Origin: Magnetococcus sp. DMHC-6
GTDB lineage: Bacteria; Pseudomonadota; Magnetococcia; Magnetococcales; JADFZT01
Assembly (NCBI GenBank): GCA_039908535.1
Contig: JAMOAW010000001.1
Coordinates: forward strand, 50,259 to 114,258
Direction: 5' to 3'
DNA: 64,000 nt
Shown here piece by piece: positions 1 to 11,764 of the stretch (positions are counted from its first letter, which is position 1; every line of letters begins with the position of its first letter). Both the position numbers and the translations under genes were made by a program. The notes below the pieces were generated by a model that saw only the letters and a list, made by a program, of their open reading frames with translations, was not told the origin of the DNA and did no database searches.

Positions 1-2
1 AA

Positions 3-530
3 AAGCAATGGTACCAAATCATGGGCGGTTCTCCTCCCAGTAGCCTAACCGCCGAACACCCCATTGGCCATATAACTTGGAATCAAATCGCCCTCTTTAT
101 AGATAGACTCAATCAACGCGCGCCTCAGGGCTACCGCTTACCCTCGGAAGCCGAATGGGAATATGCCTGCCGCGGTGGGAGTCAGGAGCAAAGCTATTGT
201 GGGGGGGAGAATTATGCTGATTTGGCTTGGTTTAAGGAAAACAGTGACTCCTCCAGCCATCCAGTCGGTGAAAAAAAGCCCAATAATTTTGGCCTATATG
301 ACATGACTGGCAATGTCTGGGAATGGGTTGCGGACCGTTATGATCCAACCTACTACCAACAGGCTCCTGAAAAAAATCCGCCAGGGGCAAGCATGGGCTC
401 GACACATGTTTTCCGAGGCGGTGCCTGGCTGAGTACACCCGATCAACTACGAGCGACAGCCAGACACCATTTATCCCCAGACAGAGGGTATGGACTCCTA
501 GGTTTCCGTTTACGACGCAACGGTGATTGA
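3..530 (+). CDS. Formylglycine-generating enzyme / SUMF1-family domain protein, C-terminal part (5' end outside the window)
   Basis: The reading frame is open from base 3. Motifs: RLPSEAEWEYACRGG, NVWEWVADRY, RGGAW, GFRL. Confidence 0.8.
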   Translation, partial: KQWYQIMGGSPPSSLTAEHPIGHITWNQIALFIDRLNQRAPQGYRLPSEAEWEYACRGGSQEQSYCGGENYADLAWFKENSDSSSHPVGEKKPNNFGLYDMTGNVWEWVADRYDPTYYQQAPEKNPPGASMGSTHVFRGGAWLSTPDQLRATARHHLSPDRGYGLLGFRLRRNGD

Positions 531-540
531 TTCCTAGGAT

Positions 541-679
541 TTTTTAAAATCAAAACCCTGGGGGATGAATCCCCCAGACCCCCTCTTTTTTTTTAAAGAA
601 TTAAAAAAAAAGAGGGGGGGGGTATTGGAGGGCGGTTCTCCGCCCCCCAAGGTCTTGATTTTTTATTTTTCCGATACAT
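541..679 (-). repeat. Modular hairpin repeat (MITE/REP-like), lacks the GCCCGCAGGGC arm
   Basis: CCCTGGGGGATGAATCCCCCAG...GGGCGGTTCTCCGCCCCCCAAGGTCTTGATTTT..TCCGATACAT. Confidence 0.85.
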
Positions 680-947
680 GAAACACCTCTTTGACCAATT
701 TATCTATGGCTTGGCCTACCGCTTCTGGTATGGGTAACGGTTCTTCTGTTGCCAACATTTCAATCGCCTTTTTGACCGAATCCATGCCAAAAAGAGTGAT
801 TGAATCCCCTTTTCCCACGGACGAATCCTTTCCCGCACCGGGTGACATACCAATATTATTGGAATGTACCAAGCTATCATACCCAATCCATTGGGTCTGT
901 GCGTTACCGGACGTCCGAACGGGTTGATAAGCCGTTTGAATGCTCAT
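663..947 (-). CDS. Small hypothetical protein (94 aa)
   Basis: An internal ATG at 947 is preceded by AGGAGG at 6 nt spacing. I recognise no family. The stop codon lies inside the repeat element at 541-679. Confidence 0.45.
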   Translation of the reverse strand: MSIQTAYQPVRTSGNAQTQWIGYDSLVHSNNIGMSPGAGKDSSVGKGDSITLFGMDSVKKAIEMLATEEPLPIPEAVGQAIDKLVKEVFHVSEK

Positions 948-1200
948 GACAAGCCTCCTATCAACTTTTTTTTGTAATTCGACGATCCTTAAATGAATAG
1001 ATCGGCATCCTAGTACAAAAGCTTGAGAGAATTTTTCAGATCGGTATTTTTTTACGGAGTTCTCGTCCAAGCCATTAACAGAGCAAAAAAATCGGAAGTC
1101 ACCTCCAATGAATCTTTTTTTTCTTTACACAGGGATATCTTATAAACTAATATTGAAATCATAAAAACTACACAAAAAAAATACCTTAAAGGATAAATTT

Positions 1201-2385
1201 ATGCAAATTGAAGCTATTCGACTCAAAAATTTTAAATGTTTTAAAGAAATTGAAATTAAAAGCATACCACGTTTTTGCGTCCTAGTAGGGGCCAATGGTA
1301 CTGGAAAATCCACCCTATTTCATCTGTTCGGCTTCTTACGCGAAGCCTTTACCAGCAATATCCACATGGCTCTCATAAAAATGGGCGGGAGTCGAGGCTT
1401 CCATGAGGTACGCAGTCGAGGCGCGGATGGGGATATTGAAATCGAATTAAAATTTCGAACCAAGCCTACCGAACCTCTCGCCACCTATTTTCTATGCATT
1501 GGTGAAGAAAATGGTCATCCAATTGTCCGCCGTGAAATCTTAAAATATCGTCGTGGCAGCCATGGACAGCCGTGGCATTTTTTAGATTTTAAAAATGGCG
1601 TTGGAGAAGCTGTCACCAACGAGTTAGAAAATATCAAAGATGTCCAACATCTCCATCGCGAGGAACAAAAGCTTAAATCCTCAGACATTCTTGCCATTAA
1701 GGGACTCGCTCAATTTGAACGTTTTCCAGCCGTCATGGCCCTGGGAAACCTGATTGAAAACTGGCATATCTCCGATTTTCACATCAACCGCGCGCGCCCT
1801 GAGCAAGAAGCCGGTTACGCCGAACATCTCTCTTCAGAAGGGGAAAACCTCTCTCTGGTCATACAATTTCTGCATTCAAAACACCCAAAAATTTTTAAAA
1901 AAATCCTCGACAAACTGGCCGAACGGGTGCCAGGTATCCGCAAAGTAGAAGCCAAAACAACGGAAGAGGGCAGAATTTTGTTACGCTTTCAAGATGAGTC
2001 CTTCAAAGATCCCTTTTTAGCGCGCTATGTTTCCGATGGCACCATCAAAATGCTGGCCTATCTCACCCTGCTGTTTGATCCCTCGCCCCATTCGCTCCTA
2101 TGCGTTGAAGAGCCAGAAAATCAACTCTACCCGACTTTATTAGAGGAACTGGCCGAAGAGTTTCGTAATTACGCCGAAAAAGGAGGACAAGTGTTTGTCT
2201 CTACCCACTCGCCAGACTTTTTAAATGCGATGAAAATTGACGAGGTGTTCTGGTTGGTCAAAGAGCGTGGCTATACCCAAGTGCGCCGAGCTTCAGAGAA
2301 TGATCAATTGCAAGCCTATATGCAAGATGGGGATAAAATGGGCTATCTATGGAAACAAGATCTTTTCCCAGGGGCACAACCGTAA
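1201..2385 (+). CDS. ABC/SMC-like AAA ATPase (AAA_15/AAA_21 type)
   Basis: The N-terminus IRLKNFKCF is followed by Walker A GANGTGKST. Walker B/D-loop is LLCVEEPENQLYP and the H-loop is VFVSTHSP. Confidence 0.85.
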   Translation: MQIEAIRLKNFKCFKEIEIKSIPRFCVLVGANGTGKSTLFHLFGFLREAFTSNIHMALIKMGGSRGFHEVRSRGADGDIEIELKFRTKPTEPLATYFLCIGEENGHPIVRREILKYRRGSHGQPWHFLDFKNGVGEAVTNELENIKDVQHLHREEQKLKSSDILAIKGLAQFERFPAVMALGNLIENWHISDFHINRARPEQEAGYAEHLSSEGENLSLVIQFLHSKHPKIFKKILDKLAERVPGIRKVEAKTTEEGRILLRFQDESFKDPFLARYVSDGTIKMLAYLTLLFDPSPHSLLCVEEPENQLYPTLLEELAEEFRNYAEKGGQVFVSTHSPDFLNAMKIDEVFWLVKERGYTQVRRASENDQLQAYMQDGDKMGYLWKQDLFPGAQP

Positions 2386-2939
2386 TGGCTCAACTCGTTT
2401 TTTTACTTGAGGAACTCTCTGCCAAGGCCCTTCTGCAGGGGTTACTCCCACGGTTACTCCCGCAAGAAACTCAAGTACAATACATTGTTTTTGAAGGGAA
2501 ACATTATTTAGAAAAACAGTTACCGAAGAAACTTCATGGTTGGCAAAATCGAGAGAGTAAATTTATCGTCCTGAGGGACAAGGATGCTGCAGATTGCCGG
2601 ATGGTCAAAACCAGATTGCAAAAACTTTGTCAAAGGATACCAGCGGAAAAAATTCTAATACGGATTGCCTGCCGGGAGCTGGAATCCTGGTATTTAGGAG
2701 ATTTGACCGCTGTCGAATCCGCATTTAATGTCCGAGGAATCGCTAAACTCCAAAACAAAGAAAAATTTCATACCCCCGATCTTCTCAATTCTTTCGAAGA
2801 ATTAAAAAGCTTAGTTCCAAATTATCAAAAAATTTCTGGATCCCGTGCCATGGGTCAAGCGATGGATTTACAAAACAATTCGTCACAAAGCTATCAAGCG
2901 TTTATCAAAGGCATCCATAAATTAATAACCTCCATCTAA
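2385..2939 (+). CDS. DUF4276-like small protein with a TOPRIM-like E...DxD pattern (putative nuclease partner)
   Basis: TAATG overlap with the upstream ATPase. LVFLLEE (acidic residues after strand 1) and FIVLRDKDAAD (DxD) resemble the TOPRIM/OLD-type layout. The family assignment is from memory and not searched. Confidence 0.65.
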   Translation: MAQLVFLLEELSAKALLQGLLPRLLPQETQVQYIVFEGKHYLEKQLPKKLHGWQNRESKFIVLRDKDAADCRMVKTRLQKLCQRIPAEKILIRIACRELESWYLGDLTAVESAFNVRGIAKLQNKEKFHTPDLLNSFEELKSLVPNYQKISGSRAMGQAMDLQNNSSQSYQAFIKGIHKLITSI

Positions 2940-3020
2940 CTCGAAAGAGTCGCTGTCCAACACCGCATTTAGGACCTCTTTGTTAATAAATCCCTGGATA
3001 ATTTCGCCCCCCTTATGTTA

Positions 3021-3158
3021 ATAAGACCTTGGGGGGGCGAAGAACCGTCCCCCCCCAGACCCCCTCTTTTTTTTTAAGTCTTAAAAAAAAGAGGGGGTCT
3101 GGGGGATTCATCCCCCAGGGTTTTGATTTTAATCCCTTGCCCGTAGGGCATCATGTTC
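3021..3158 (+). repeat. Modular hairpin repeat, lacks the ATGTATCGG arm
   Basis: The centre is a perfect palindrome, CCCCCAGACCCCCTCTTTTTTTTTAAGTCTTAAAAAAAAGAGGGGGTCTGGGGG. The copy ends GCCCGTAGGGCATCATGTTC. Confidence 0.85.
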
Positions 3159-3362
3159 TCAAAAATAGTCATTTTTTTTTACACATGTAAAAAAATAAAA
3201 AATTTAGTCTCCTTTATAAATGACACAAACCAAATCAATTTATTTAAAAATATATAACAAACAATATATTACATTATTGGCATAAAAAGTGCTTTATACT
3301 TTAAATATAGGGATATGAATCCCTGAAGCAATGTCACCTTTCATTCTTAACTGGAGGATATC

Positions 3363-4133
3363 ATGTCCCATTCACATACCCAGATTCATCTAGAAAAAAA
3401 ATCCCGGTGTTCGGGCAAAGTTCTTGCTCTGACCCTTCTATCCAGCCTATTTTACGGAATATCCGCAGCCAACGCGGAAGATCTCGTGGTCTTAAAACAG
3501 AATGGTACAGAGTTAAAATTGGGCCAAACCGTGGACGGCTCAAAACCTTTAACCCTCCAAGCCGGACAAAGCGTCACCCTTATTGAAAGCAGCGGCAAAC
3601 TCCATGATCTGACCGGTCCCTATAATCAAGCCCCAATCTCAGGCGCTGACCAGCAAAAAGAAGGGGTGTTGGATACCGTCGATAAATTATGGAAAGCCCC
3701 AAAAACCGATAGCGGTAACTTTGGAGTTACCCGTTCAGTTGGCGACCTCATGGAAAATAAAGGTCAAGGATGGGTTCCTGCCCCGTGGCTCATCAACGTC
3801 TCCTACTCCGGGAACCATTGTACCCGCGCGGGCCAGACGACCGTCTTTTGGCGTCCAGATGGAGAAAAACAAGCCGAAATTCGCCTCCAAGTGGGTCAAG
3901 ACCGTTGGGTAGCCACCACCACTTGGCCAGCCGGATGGGAAAAACTCTCCATGCCCGATTCCATGCCCATCTTTGACGGTGAAAAATACCACGTCAAAAT
4001 GGATAACCAAGAAAACGTGCTGACATTGCACGTAATCCCGGAAAATATCACAGACGACAAAGAGTTATCTAATATTATGGAAAAAAATGGCTGCCAAGCA
4101 CAAAAAATGGCCTTGCTGAATACCAAACCATAA
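3363..4133 (+). CDS. Secreted hypothetical protein (256 aa)
   Basis: Signal-peptide-like N-terminus (KVLALTLLSSLFYGISAANA) and a long clean ORF. I recognise no family. Confidence 0.6.
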   Translation: MSHSHTQIHLEKKSRCSGKVLALTLLSSLFYGISAANAEDLVVLKQNGTELKLGQTVDGSKPLTLQAGQSVTLIESSGKLHDLTGPYNQAPISGADQQKEGVLDTVDKLWKAPKTDSGNFGVTRSVGDLMENKGQGWVPAPWLINVSYSGNHCTRAGQTTVFWRPDGEKQAEIRLQVGQDRWVATTTWPAGWEKLSMPDSMPIFDGEKYHVKMDNQENVLTLHVIPENITDDKELSNIMEKNGCQAQKMALLNTKP

Positions 4134-4146
4134 GTCAAACTATAGA

Positions 4147-4180
4147 TCAAGCAGGGGGCCCAATCAGGCCCCCTGCTTGA
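4147..4180 (+). terminator. Perfect 14 bp stem / 6 nt loop hairpin downstream of the 3363-4133 gene
   Basis: TCAAGCAGGGGGCC-caatca-GGCCCCCTGCTTGA. No T-tract follows, so termination is not certain. Confidence 0.45.
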
Positions 4181-4232
4181 ACCAAACGTGAACCGCAACC
4201 AGCCACATCCAATAAATTCAATAGGAAAAAAA

Positions 4233-4661
4233 ATGCGCATCCTGATCGCCGATGACGAAGAGATAAATTGCGATTTGTTGGCATCTATTTTAATGCCCTA
4301 TGGCACCTGTGTCTTCGCCAGCAATGGTGCTGAAGCCGCTGGATTGTTCGCCGAATCCGTGGCCAACAACAACCCTTTTGAGTTGGTTATGTTGGATATA
4401 AAAATGCCCATAATGGATGGCCAAAGTGCCTTAAAAGCCATCCGCCGTATAGAAAAACATGATCCCGCACTCCGCCATCCAACGGTCGTCATCATTGTCA
4501 CTTCATTGGATTCCCAAGAAGAGATTACCCGAGCTTTTTTGGAAGGTCAATGCACCGATTATCTTACAAAACCAATTGAAAAAGAGTTGCTTTTAAAAAA
4601 ACTCCGGCAATTCCATTGGCATCAAGAGGCCCCTTTTGGGCGCCCCAACCTCTATGGATAA
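4233..4661 (+). CDS. Single-domain response regulator (CheY-like receiver)
   Basis: MRILIADDEE, the phospho-acceptor context LVMLDIKMPIMDG, and TSL...KP motifs. The ATG at 4233 is chosen over the upstream in-frame start. Confidence 0.85.
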   Translation: MRILIADDEEINCDLLASILMPYGTCVFASNGAEAAGLFAESVANNNPFELVMLDIKMPIMDGQSALKAIRRIEKHDPALRHPTVVIIVTSLDSQEEITRAFLEGQCTDYLTKPIEKELLLKKLRQFHWHQEAPFGRPNLYG

Positions 4662-4665
4662 GTGC

Positions 4666-4811
4666 ATGTATCGGAAGAATAAAAATCAAGACCTTGGGAG
4701 GCAGAAAACCGCCCCCCTATCCCCCCACCCTTTTCTTTTAGGGATTCCGGGGGATGCATTCTCCAGAATTTGGCCTTTAATTTTTTCTTTTGCCCGCAGG
4801 GCATCATATTC
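4666..4811 (+). repeat. Modular hairpin repeat, full-length but diverged
   Basis: Starts ATGTATCGGAAGAATAAAAATCAAGACC and ends TTGCCCGCAGGGCATCATATTC. Confidence 0.85.
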
Positions 4812-4836
4812 GGCATAGATCACCTAAACTTTTTTC

Positions 4837-7611
<2,775 letters not shown>

Positions 7612-7708
7612 CCGATTAATCATAGAATTTTTTTTCAAAATTGCGCATAGTCTATTAAGCTTTTTATCTGTTCAACACCATATCCAACCAAATATTTCTA
7701 TAAAACAA

Positions 7709-9943
7709 ATGAATAAACCAAATTTTTTCAATTTACTCTGCTGCCCAAACTGTCGGGACGATCTTCTCTTAGAGAAGCCCGCAAACAATTTACGTTGCCT
7801 CTCCTGCCAGCAGGTTTACCCGATTATAGACGGAATTCCAGTTTTGTTTCCCATCAAGAATGATGAAAATCAAGTGGGCAACACCATACAACGTTACTGG
7901 GATCCTGTAGAAAAGGCCGACCTCTATGATCGAAAAGTGGAAGGAGACGGTACCATTTTTGGAACGTATAACCATGAGTCCGAGATCAGGGGATTAACCA
8001 CCCTCTATCGAACTGAAAATCTCGATCTTATTTTAGATGCGGGTTGTGGCAATGGTCGTTTTATGGAGACATTTCCAAAAGAGAGCATCGCGGTGGGAGT
8101 AGATGCTTCTCTCAATCTTCTACGCATTGCCCGTGCCCGTCAACGCGGCCATTTTCATGTCTGCTGCGAACTTGAACATTTACCATTTAAAAGCAATGTA
8201 TTTGGTTCGGTTGTTAGTTGTCGGGTATTGCAACACATTCATGCTCAACAGGCCGCCATCCAAGAGTTGGGGCGCGTGGTCCGCGAAAATGGGGATGTTT
8301 TGCTGCAAATTTATAACAGCTGGAATCCAAAAAACCTCTACAAAGCCATTCGCATGTCCAGGATCCGCAAGGTATTTAATTTTCCCTTCCGTTTACTGTT
8401 TAAATCTATGTCCCCTTTTGACGACTGGGGAATCTCTTACGACCGTTATAATAGTTGGTGGGAGTTGAAAAACTGGATGCGGCAATCTGGACTGAGTCAA
8501 TTACAGGGGCGTGGTGTTGGCTTTGGTTATCATAAATATCTATTTCAGCCCTTCTATATAGATGCTATTTTGTCCAAAAAGCTCCCCGAATTATTAAAAG
8601 CCTATTATAATCGCTGCCTTGAGTGGGAAAATCGTCTCGGACATCGCCTTTTTTTTCGCCATTCTATGGAAAAAATCGCCCTGCGCGGTACCAAAAATTC
8701 CGCCATTGTCGAAAGGAGCTTTGTTGAGAAAATAATAAAAAATTTGGATTATTATCTACATTCTAGCCTTTTTTTTAACCATGCGGCGCGCCAAGAGTGC
8801 AAACGCGAACGGAACCGATCGGCATGGATTGAACAGGAGAATCACTGGCATATTGTCAAAGCGGTTGAATGGTTAAAAAATGCCCAAGATGTTCCCCCTG
8901 ATGCGGGTGTTGCCCGTGGCTACAGTCTGGGCTGGAATTTTTCGTTTAACGGTCAAGGCTGGCAGCCCTCCTACCCCGAAACCACGGGTTATATCATTCC
9001 AACTTTTTTTGATTGCGCTGCTTACTTACAAGATCCAGACCTAAAAAAACGGGCCTTACAAATGGCCGATTGGGAAATCCAGGTGCAATTGGCCAATGGG
9101 GCGGTGATGGGTGGCACAATTGTGCATCAACAAACCTTAAATCGTCGCCATGTCCCTTCCCCAGCGGTTTTTAACACCGGTCAGGTTATTTTTGGCTGGC
9201 TACGCGCCTTTCAAGAAACAGGCAAAATTGAGTATCTACAGGCGTGCAATCGGGCTGGGGCCTTTCTGCTCAAAAATCAACACCCAGATGGCCATTGGAA
9301 CCAAGGCAACTCCCAATTTGCCGATCCCAAAGCCACGACTTATAACGCCCGCGTCGGATGGGCATTGATGCTTTTGGGTAAAGTATCCAAAAATAATCTA
9401 TTTATTCAATCTGGCGAGCGCAATATGCGCTATACATTAGATCAACAGACGGAAAATGGCTGGTTTATAAACAACTGTTTATCCGATCCCAACGCCCCAC
9501 TTCTCCATACCATTTGTTACACCTTAGAGGGCCTTTTGGGGGCAGCCATGCTCCTGGCAAATAATGATTATCTTCAAGCGGTGCGCAAGACCGCCGACCG
9601 CCTTTTAGAGCTTGTGGACGATCAAGGTCTGCTGCCAGGACGACTGGATGCTCAATGGCAAGGAACCGTTTCTTGGAGTTGTTTGACAGGCAATGCGCAA
9701 CTGGCTGGTATTTTTCTAAATTTGGCACAGTTGACACATGAGCCATCTTATAGGCAAGGAGCTAGAAAATTGCTCTCTTTTCTAAAGAAAAATCAAAATT
9801 GCCAATCCGAAAACCCCGGTTTACGGGGCGGCATCAAAGGTTCTTATCCCTTTGATGGGGCGTATGGGCGTTATGAATTGTTAAATTGGGCAACCAAATT
9901 TTTTATTGATGCGTTGCTTTTGGATGAAAAAGAGAGAATATAA
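7709..9943 (+). CDS. Tri-domain protein: Trm112-like zinc ribbon + class I SAM methyltransferase + alpha/alpha-toroid (prenyltransferase/terpene-cyclase-like) domain
   Basis: CPNC...CLSC...YPIIDGIPVL; the LDAGCGNGRF SAM motif; a C-terminal repeat-like helical region rich in W/G/N (GHWNQG, ENGWF). Confidence 0.75.
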   Translation: MNKPNFFNLLCCPNCRDDLLLEKPANNLRCLSCQQVYPIIDGIPVLFPIKNDENQVGNTIQRYWDPVEKADLYDRKVEGDGTIFGTYNHESEIRGLTTLYRTENLDLILDAGCGNGRFMETFPKESIAVGVDASLNLLRIARARQRGHFHVCCELEHLPFKSNVFGSVVSCRVLQHIHAQQAAIQELGRVVRENGDVLLQIYNSWNPKNLYKAIRMSRIRKVFNFPFRLLFKSMSPFDDWGISYDRYNSWWELKNWMRQSGLSQLQGRGVGFGYHKYLFQPFYIDAILSKKLPELLKAYYNRCLEWENRLGHRLFFRHSMEKIALRGTKNSAIVERSFVEKIIKNLDYYLHSSLFFNHAARQECKRERNRSAWIEQENHWHIVKAVEWLKNAQDVPPDAGVARGYSLGWNFSFNGQGWQPSYPETTGYIIPTFFDCAAYLQDPDLKKRALQMADWEIQVQLANGAVMGGTIVHQQTLNRRHVPSPAVFNTGQVIFGWLRAFQETGKIEYLQACNRAGAFLLKNQHPDGHWNQGNSQFADPKATTYNARVGWALMLLGKVSKNNLFIQSGERNMRYTLDQQTENGWFINNCLSDPNAPLLHTICYTLEGLLGAAMLLANNDYLQAVRKTADRLLELVDDQGLLPGRLDAQWQGTVSWSCLTGNAQLAGIFLNLAQLTHEPSYRQGARKLLSFLKKNQNCQSENPGLRGGIKGSYPFDGAYGRYELLNWATKFFIDALLLDEKERI

Positions 9944-9945
9944 TA

Positions 9946-10037
9946 TTGTCCCTATCGAAAACCTCATCCGCCCAAAATTTGGCTCAATTTCCAGCATTTT
10001 TGAAGATGGAGAATTAGATTTTGCTGGACTCCGAGGC
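9946..10037 (+). repeat. 92 bp imperfect direct repeat, copy A (partner at 15369-15460)
   Basis: Hand alignment gives roughly 80 percent identity, e.g. CATCCGCCC..AAATTT.GCTC.ATT.CCAGCATTTTTG.AGAT...GAATT.GATTTTGCTGGAC. Confidence 0.7.
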
Positions 10038-10341
10038 AGATTTCCGAGAGAATCAAAAACAATATTGAGGTTTCATTGCTCCAAATAGCCCAAATTTTTC
10101 TAAAGCGGGCAAGGGATATTGGAGCCTCACCTTCTAGATGTGCTCTTTGACAAACTGAAACAGGCCTTGAATCAGGCGGCTTTCCACAGATACGGAATTT
10201 CCACTTCCAGAACAGCCGAAAAGCTTCTCGGTGCCAATGTATCACCATTTCTGGCTTGACGATAACCAAAGATTCACGCCATTCTTTCCAAATGCGGGAT
10301 AGCCAGACCCAAAGTAGACGGTCCAATGAAGGGATGTTCAT
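9964..10341 (-). pseudogene. Transposase/integrase N-terminal fragment (decayed IS remnant)
   Basis: LWVWLSRIWKEWRESLVIVKPEMVIHWHREAFRLFWKWK resembles the N-terminal region of IS-encoded integrase-type transposases. No DDE catalytic domain follows. Confidence 0.5.
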
Positions 10342-10479
10342 GTATCGGAAAAATAAAAAGCAAGACCTTGGGGGGCGGAGAACCGCCCCCCAATACCCCC
10401 CACCCTTCTTTTTTAATTCTTAAAAAAAAGAGGGGGTTTGGGGGATTCATTCCCCAAGGTTTTGATTTTAATTTTTTGC
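10336..10479 (+). repeat. Modular hairpin repeat, 3' arm truncated
   Basis: GTTCATGTATCGGAAAAATAAAAAGCAAGACCTTGGGGGGCGGAGAACCGCCCCCC... Confidence 0.85.
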
Positions 10480-10651
10480 TCAAAGATTTCCATTTGGAGA
10501 GCGAATCGGCTGCGGAACAGGTTGACGCTGAAGAAGTTGATGATGAAAAATGATTTCATGAATGAAATGCCCCTGTGGGTTGATCCTGATCGTTTATTAC
10601 AGACCTTGCTCTCTAATCCAAAGGCCAAGCATTCTATTCGAGGACGTTTAC

Positions 10652-11674
10652 ATGACTCATAATACTCAGAGTCAACCGACAGAGTACGATTCGCCGTGGA
10701 AGGAAATTTTAAAGGCGTATTTTAAGGATTTTTTAGCATTTTTTCTTTCAGAAGCTCATGACGGTATTGATTGGAAGCGTGCCCCTGAGTTCCTGGACAA
10801 GGAGTTGGACCGGATCACGCGGGAGGCAGAGTCCGGTAATCGTCGTGTTGATCTGTTAGTTAAAGTCTGGTTACTCGACGGTGATGAACTTTGGGTGCTG
10901 ATCCATGTTGAAGTCCAAGGGAACAGGGAACCGCATTTTGAAGAGAGGATGTTTACCTGTCAGTATCGGGCATTCGATCTTTACAAGAAGCCTGTGGTCA
11001 GCTTGGCCATCCTCGCTGACGAAGAAGGTACTTGGCGGCCATCGGCATTTGGCTACCAGAAGTGGGGATCAAAGGTTAGTTTCCAGTTCAATGCCTTAAA
11101 ATTGCTGGATTACCTGCCTCAGTTGGATGCTTTGGAGTCATCCACCAATCCGTTTGCCATCGTCACTTTGGTGCATCTGACCGGCAAACAGACCAAAAAC
11201 CAACCGGCAGAACGATTTCAGCAAAAAATGCGCATCACGCGCATGCTGTATGAGCGTGGTTTCAGCCGCCAACAGATCGTTGATCTCTTTCGATTTATCG
11301 ACTGGGTGCTGAGCCTACCGGAAGAGTTAGACAATCAATTCTGGGTAAATCTATCCAACTTCGAGGAGAATAAGAAAATGCCTTATATTACAAGCGTGGA
11401 GCGAATTGGTCATAAGAGAGGTGTAGAAGAAGGAATGCTGGCTGGTATCCAGATCGGCGAACAAAAAGGCATCCAGATTGGCGAACAGAAAGGTCGCCAA
11501 GAAGGTCGCCAGGAAGAAGCCGCTTCCATGCTTCTAAAACAGATACGTCGTAAATTTGGCCAAACACCAGACTGGGTGACGACCAAGGTGACATCGGCAA
11601 ATTTAGAACTTATTGAAGTCTGGAGCGATAACTTTGTGTTCGCTCATTCTGTGGACGAGGTTTTTGCGTCGTGA
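10652..11674 (+). CDS. Rpn-family recombination-promoting nuclease / putative transposase (PD-(D/E)XK) with DUF4351-like C-terminus
   Basis: N-terminus YDSPWKEILKAYFKDFLAFF, then RRVDLLVKV...LIHVEVQ (PD-(D/E)XK-like core). The C-terminal 60 aa are about 85 percent identical to the ORF at 58230-59180. Confidence 0.75.
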   Translation: MTHNTQSQPTEYDSPWKEILKAYFKDFLAFFLSEAHDGIDWKRAPEFLDKELDRITREAESGNRRVDLLVKVWLLDGDELWVLIHVEVQGNREPHFEERMFTCQYRAFDLYKKPVVSLAILADEEGTWRPSAFGYQKWGSKVSFQFNALKLLDYLPQLDALESSTNPFAIVTLVHLTGKQTKNQPAERFQQKMRITRMLYERGFSRQQIVDLFRFIDWVLSLPEELDNQFWVNLSNFEENKKMPYITSVERIGHKRGVEEGMLAGIQIGEQKGIQIGEQKGRQEGRQEEAASMLLKQIRRKFGQTPDWVTTKVTSANLELIEVWSDNFVFAHSVDEVFAS

Positions 11675-11764
11675 ATGACCAACTATGTTGGAGGATGGAT
11701 GAAGTCGTTTTCGATGGATGGGGTGGTGCCCCAACAGCCAATTCGATCTACATTTTTAGAGATG
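11488..11764 (+). repeat. Shared 3' module of the Rpn-like genes (partner 58145-58404, inverted)
   Basis: About 85 percent nucleotide identity across the last 60 or so codons. Patchy identity continues for about 90 bp past the stop (TGAATGACCAACTAT..GATGGATGGGGTGGT..GCCAATTCG..ATTTTTAGAGATG). Confidence 0.7.

Noticed and set aside
4636-4818. Short ORFs with near-identical translations (MYRKNKNQDLGG..., MNPPNPLFFL..., GGGEPPPN...) at many sites, e.g. 4636-4818, 10326-10553, 15338-15577, 26498-26683, 30458-30824, 47972-48187, 53057-53305
   Set aside because: They lie entirely within copies of the intergenic hairpin repeat, occur on both strands, and have extreme low-complexity G/P/K composition dictated by the G-runs and A-runs. 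They are artefacts of repeat sequence, not genes.
9906-10088. Paired small ORFs (9906-10088 and 15365-15550) sharing the peptide IRPKF.SI.SIF.D.E.DFAG
   Set aside because: The similarity is explained by the 92 bp DNA direct repeat. The ORFs begin or end in unrelated sequence, one running into a hairpin repeat, and have no start signals. They are reported as a DNA repeat instead.
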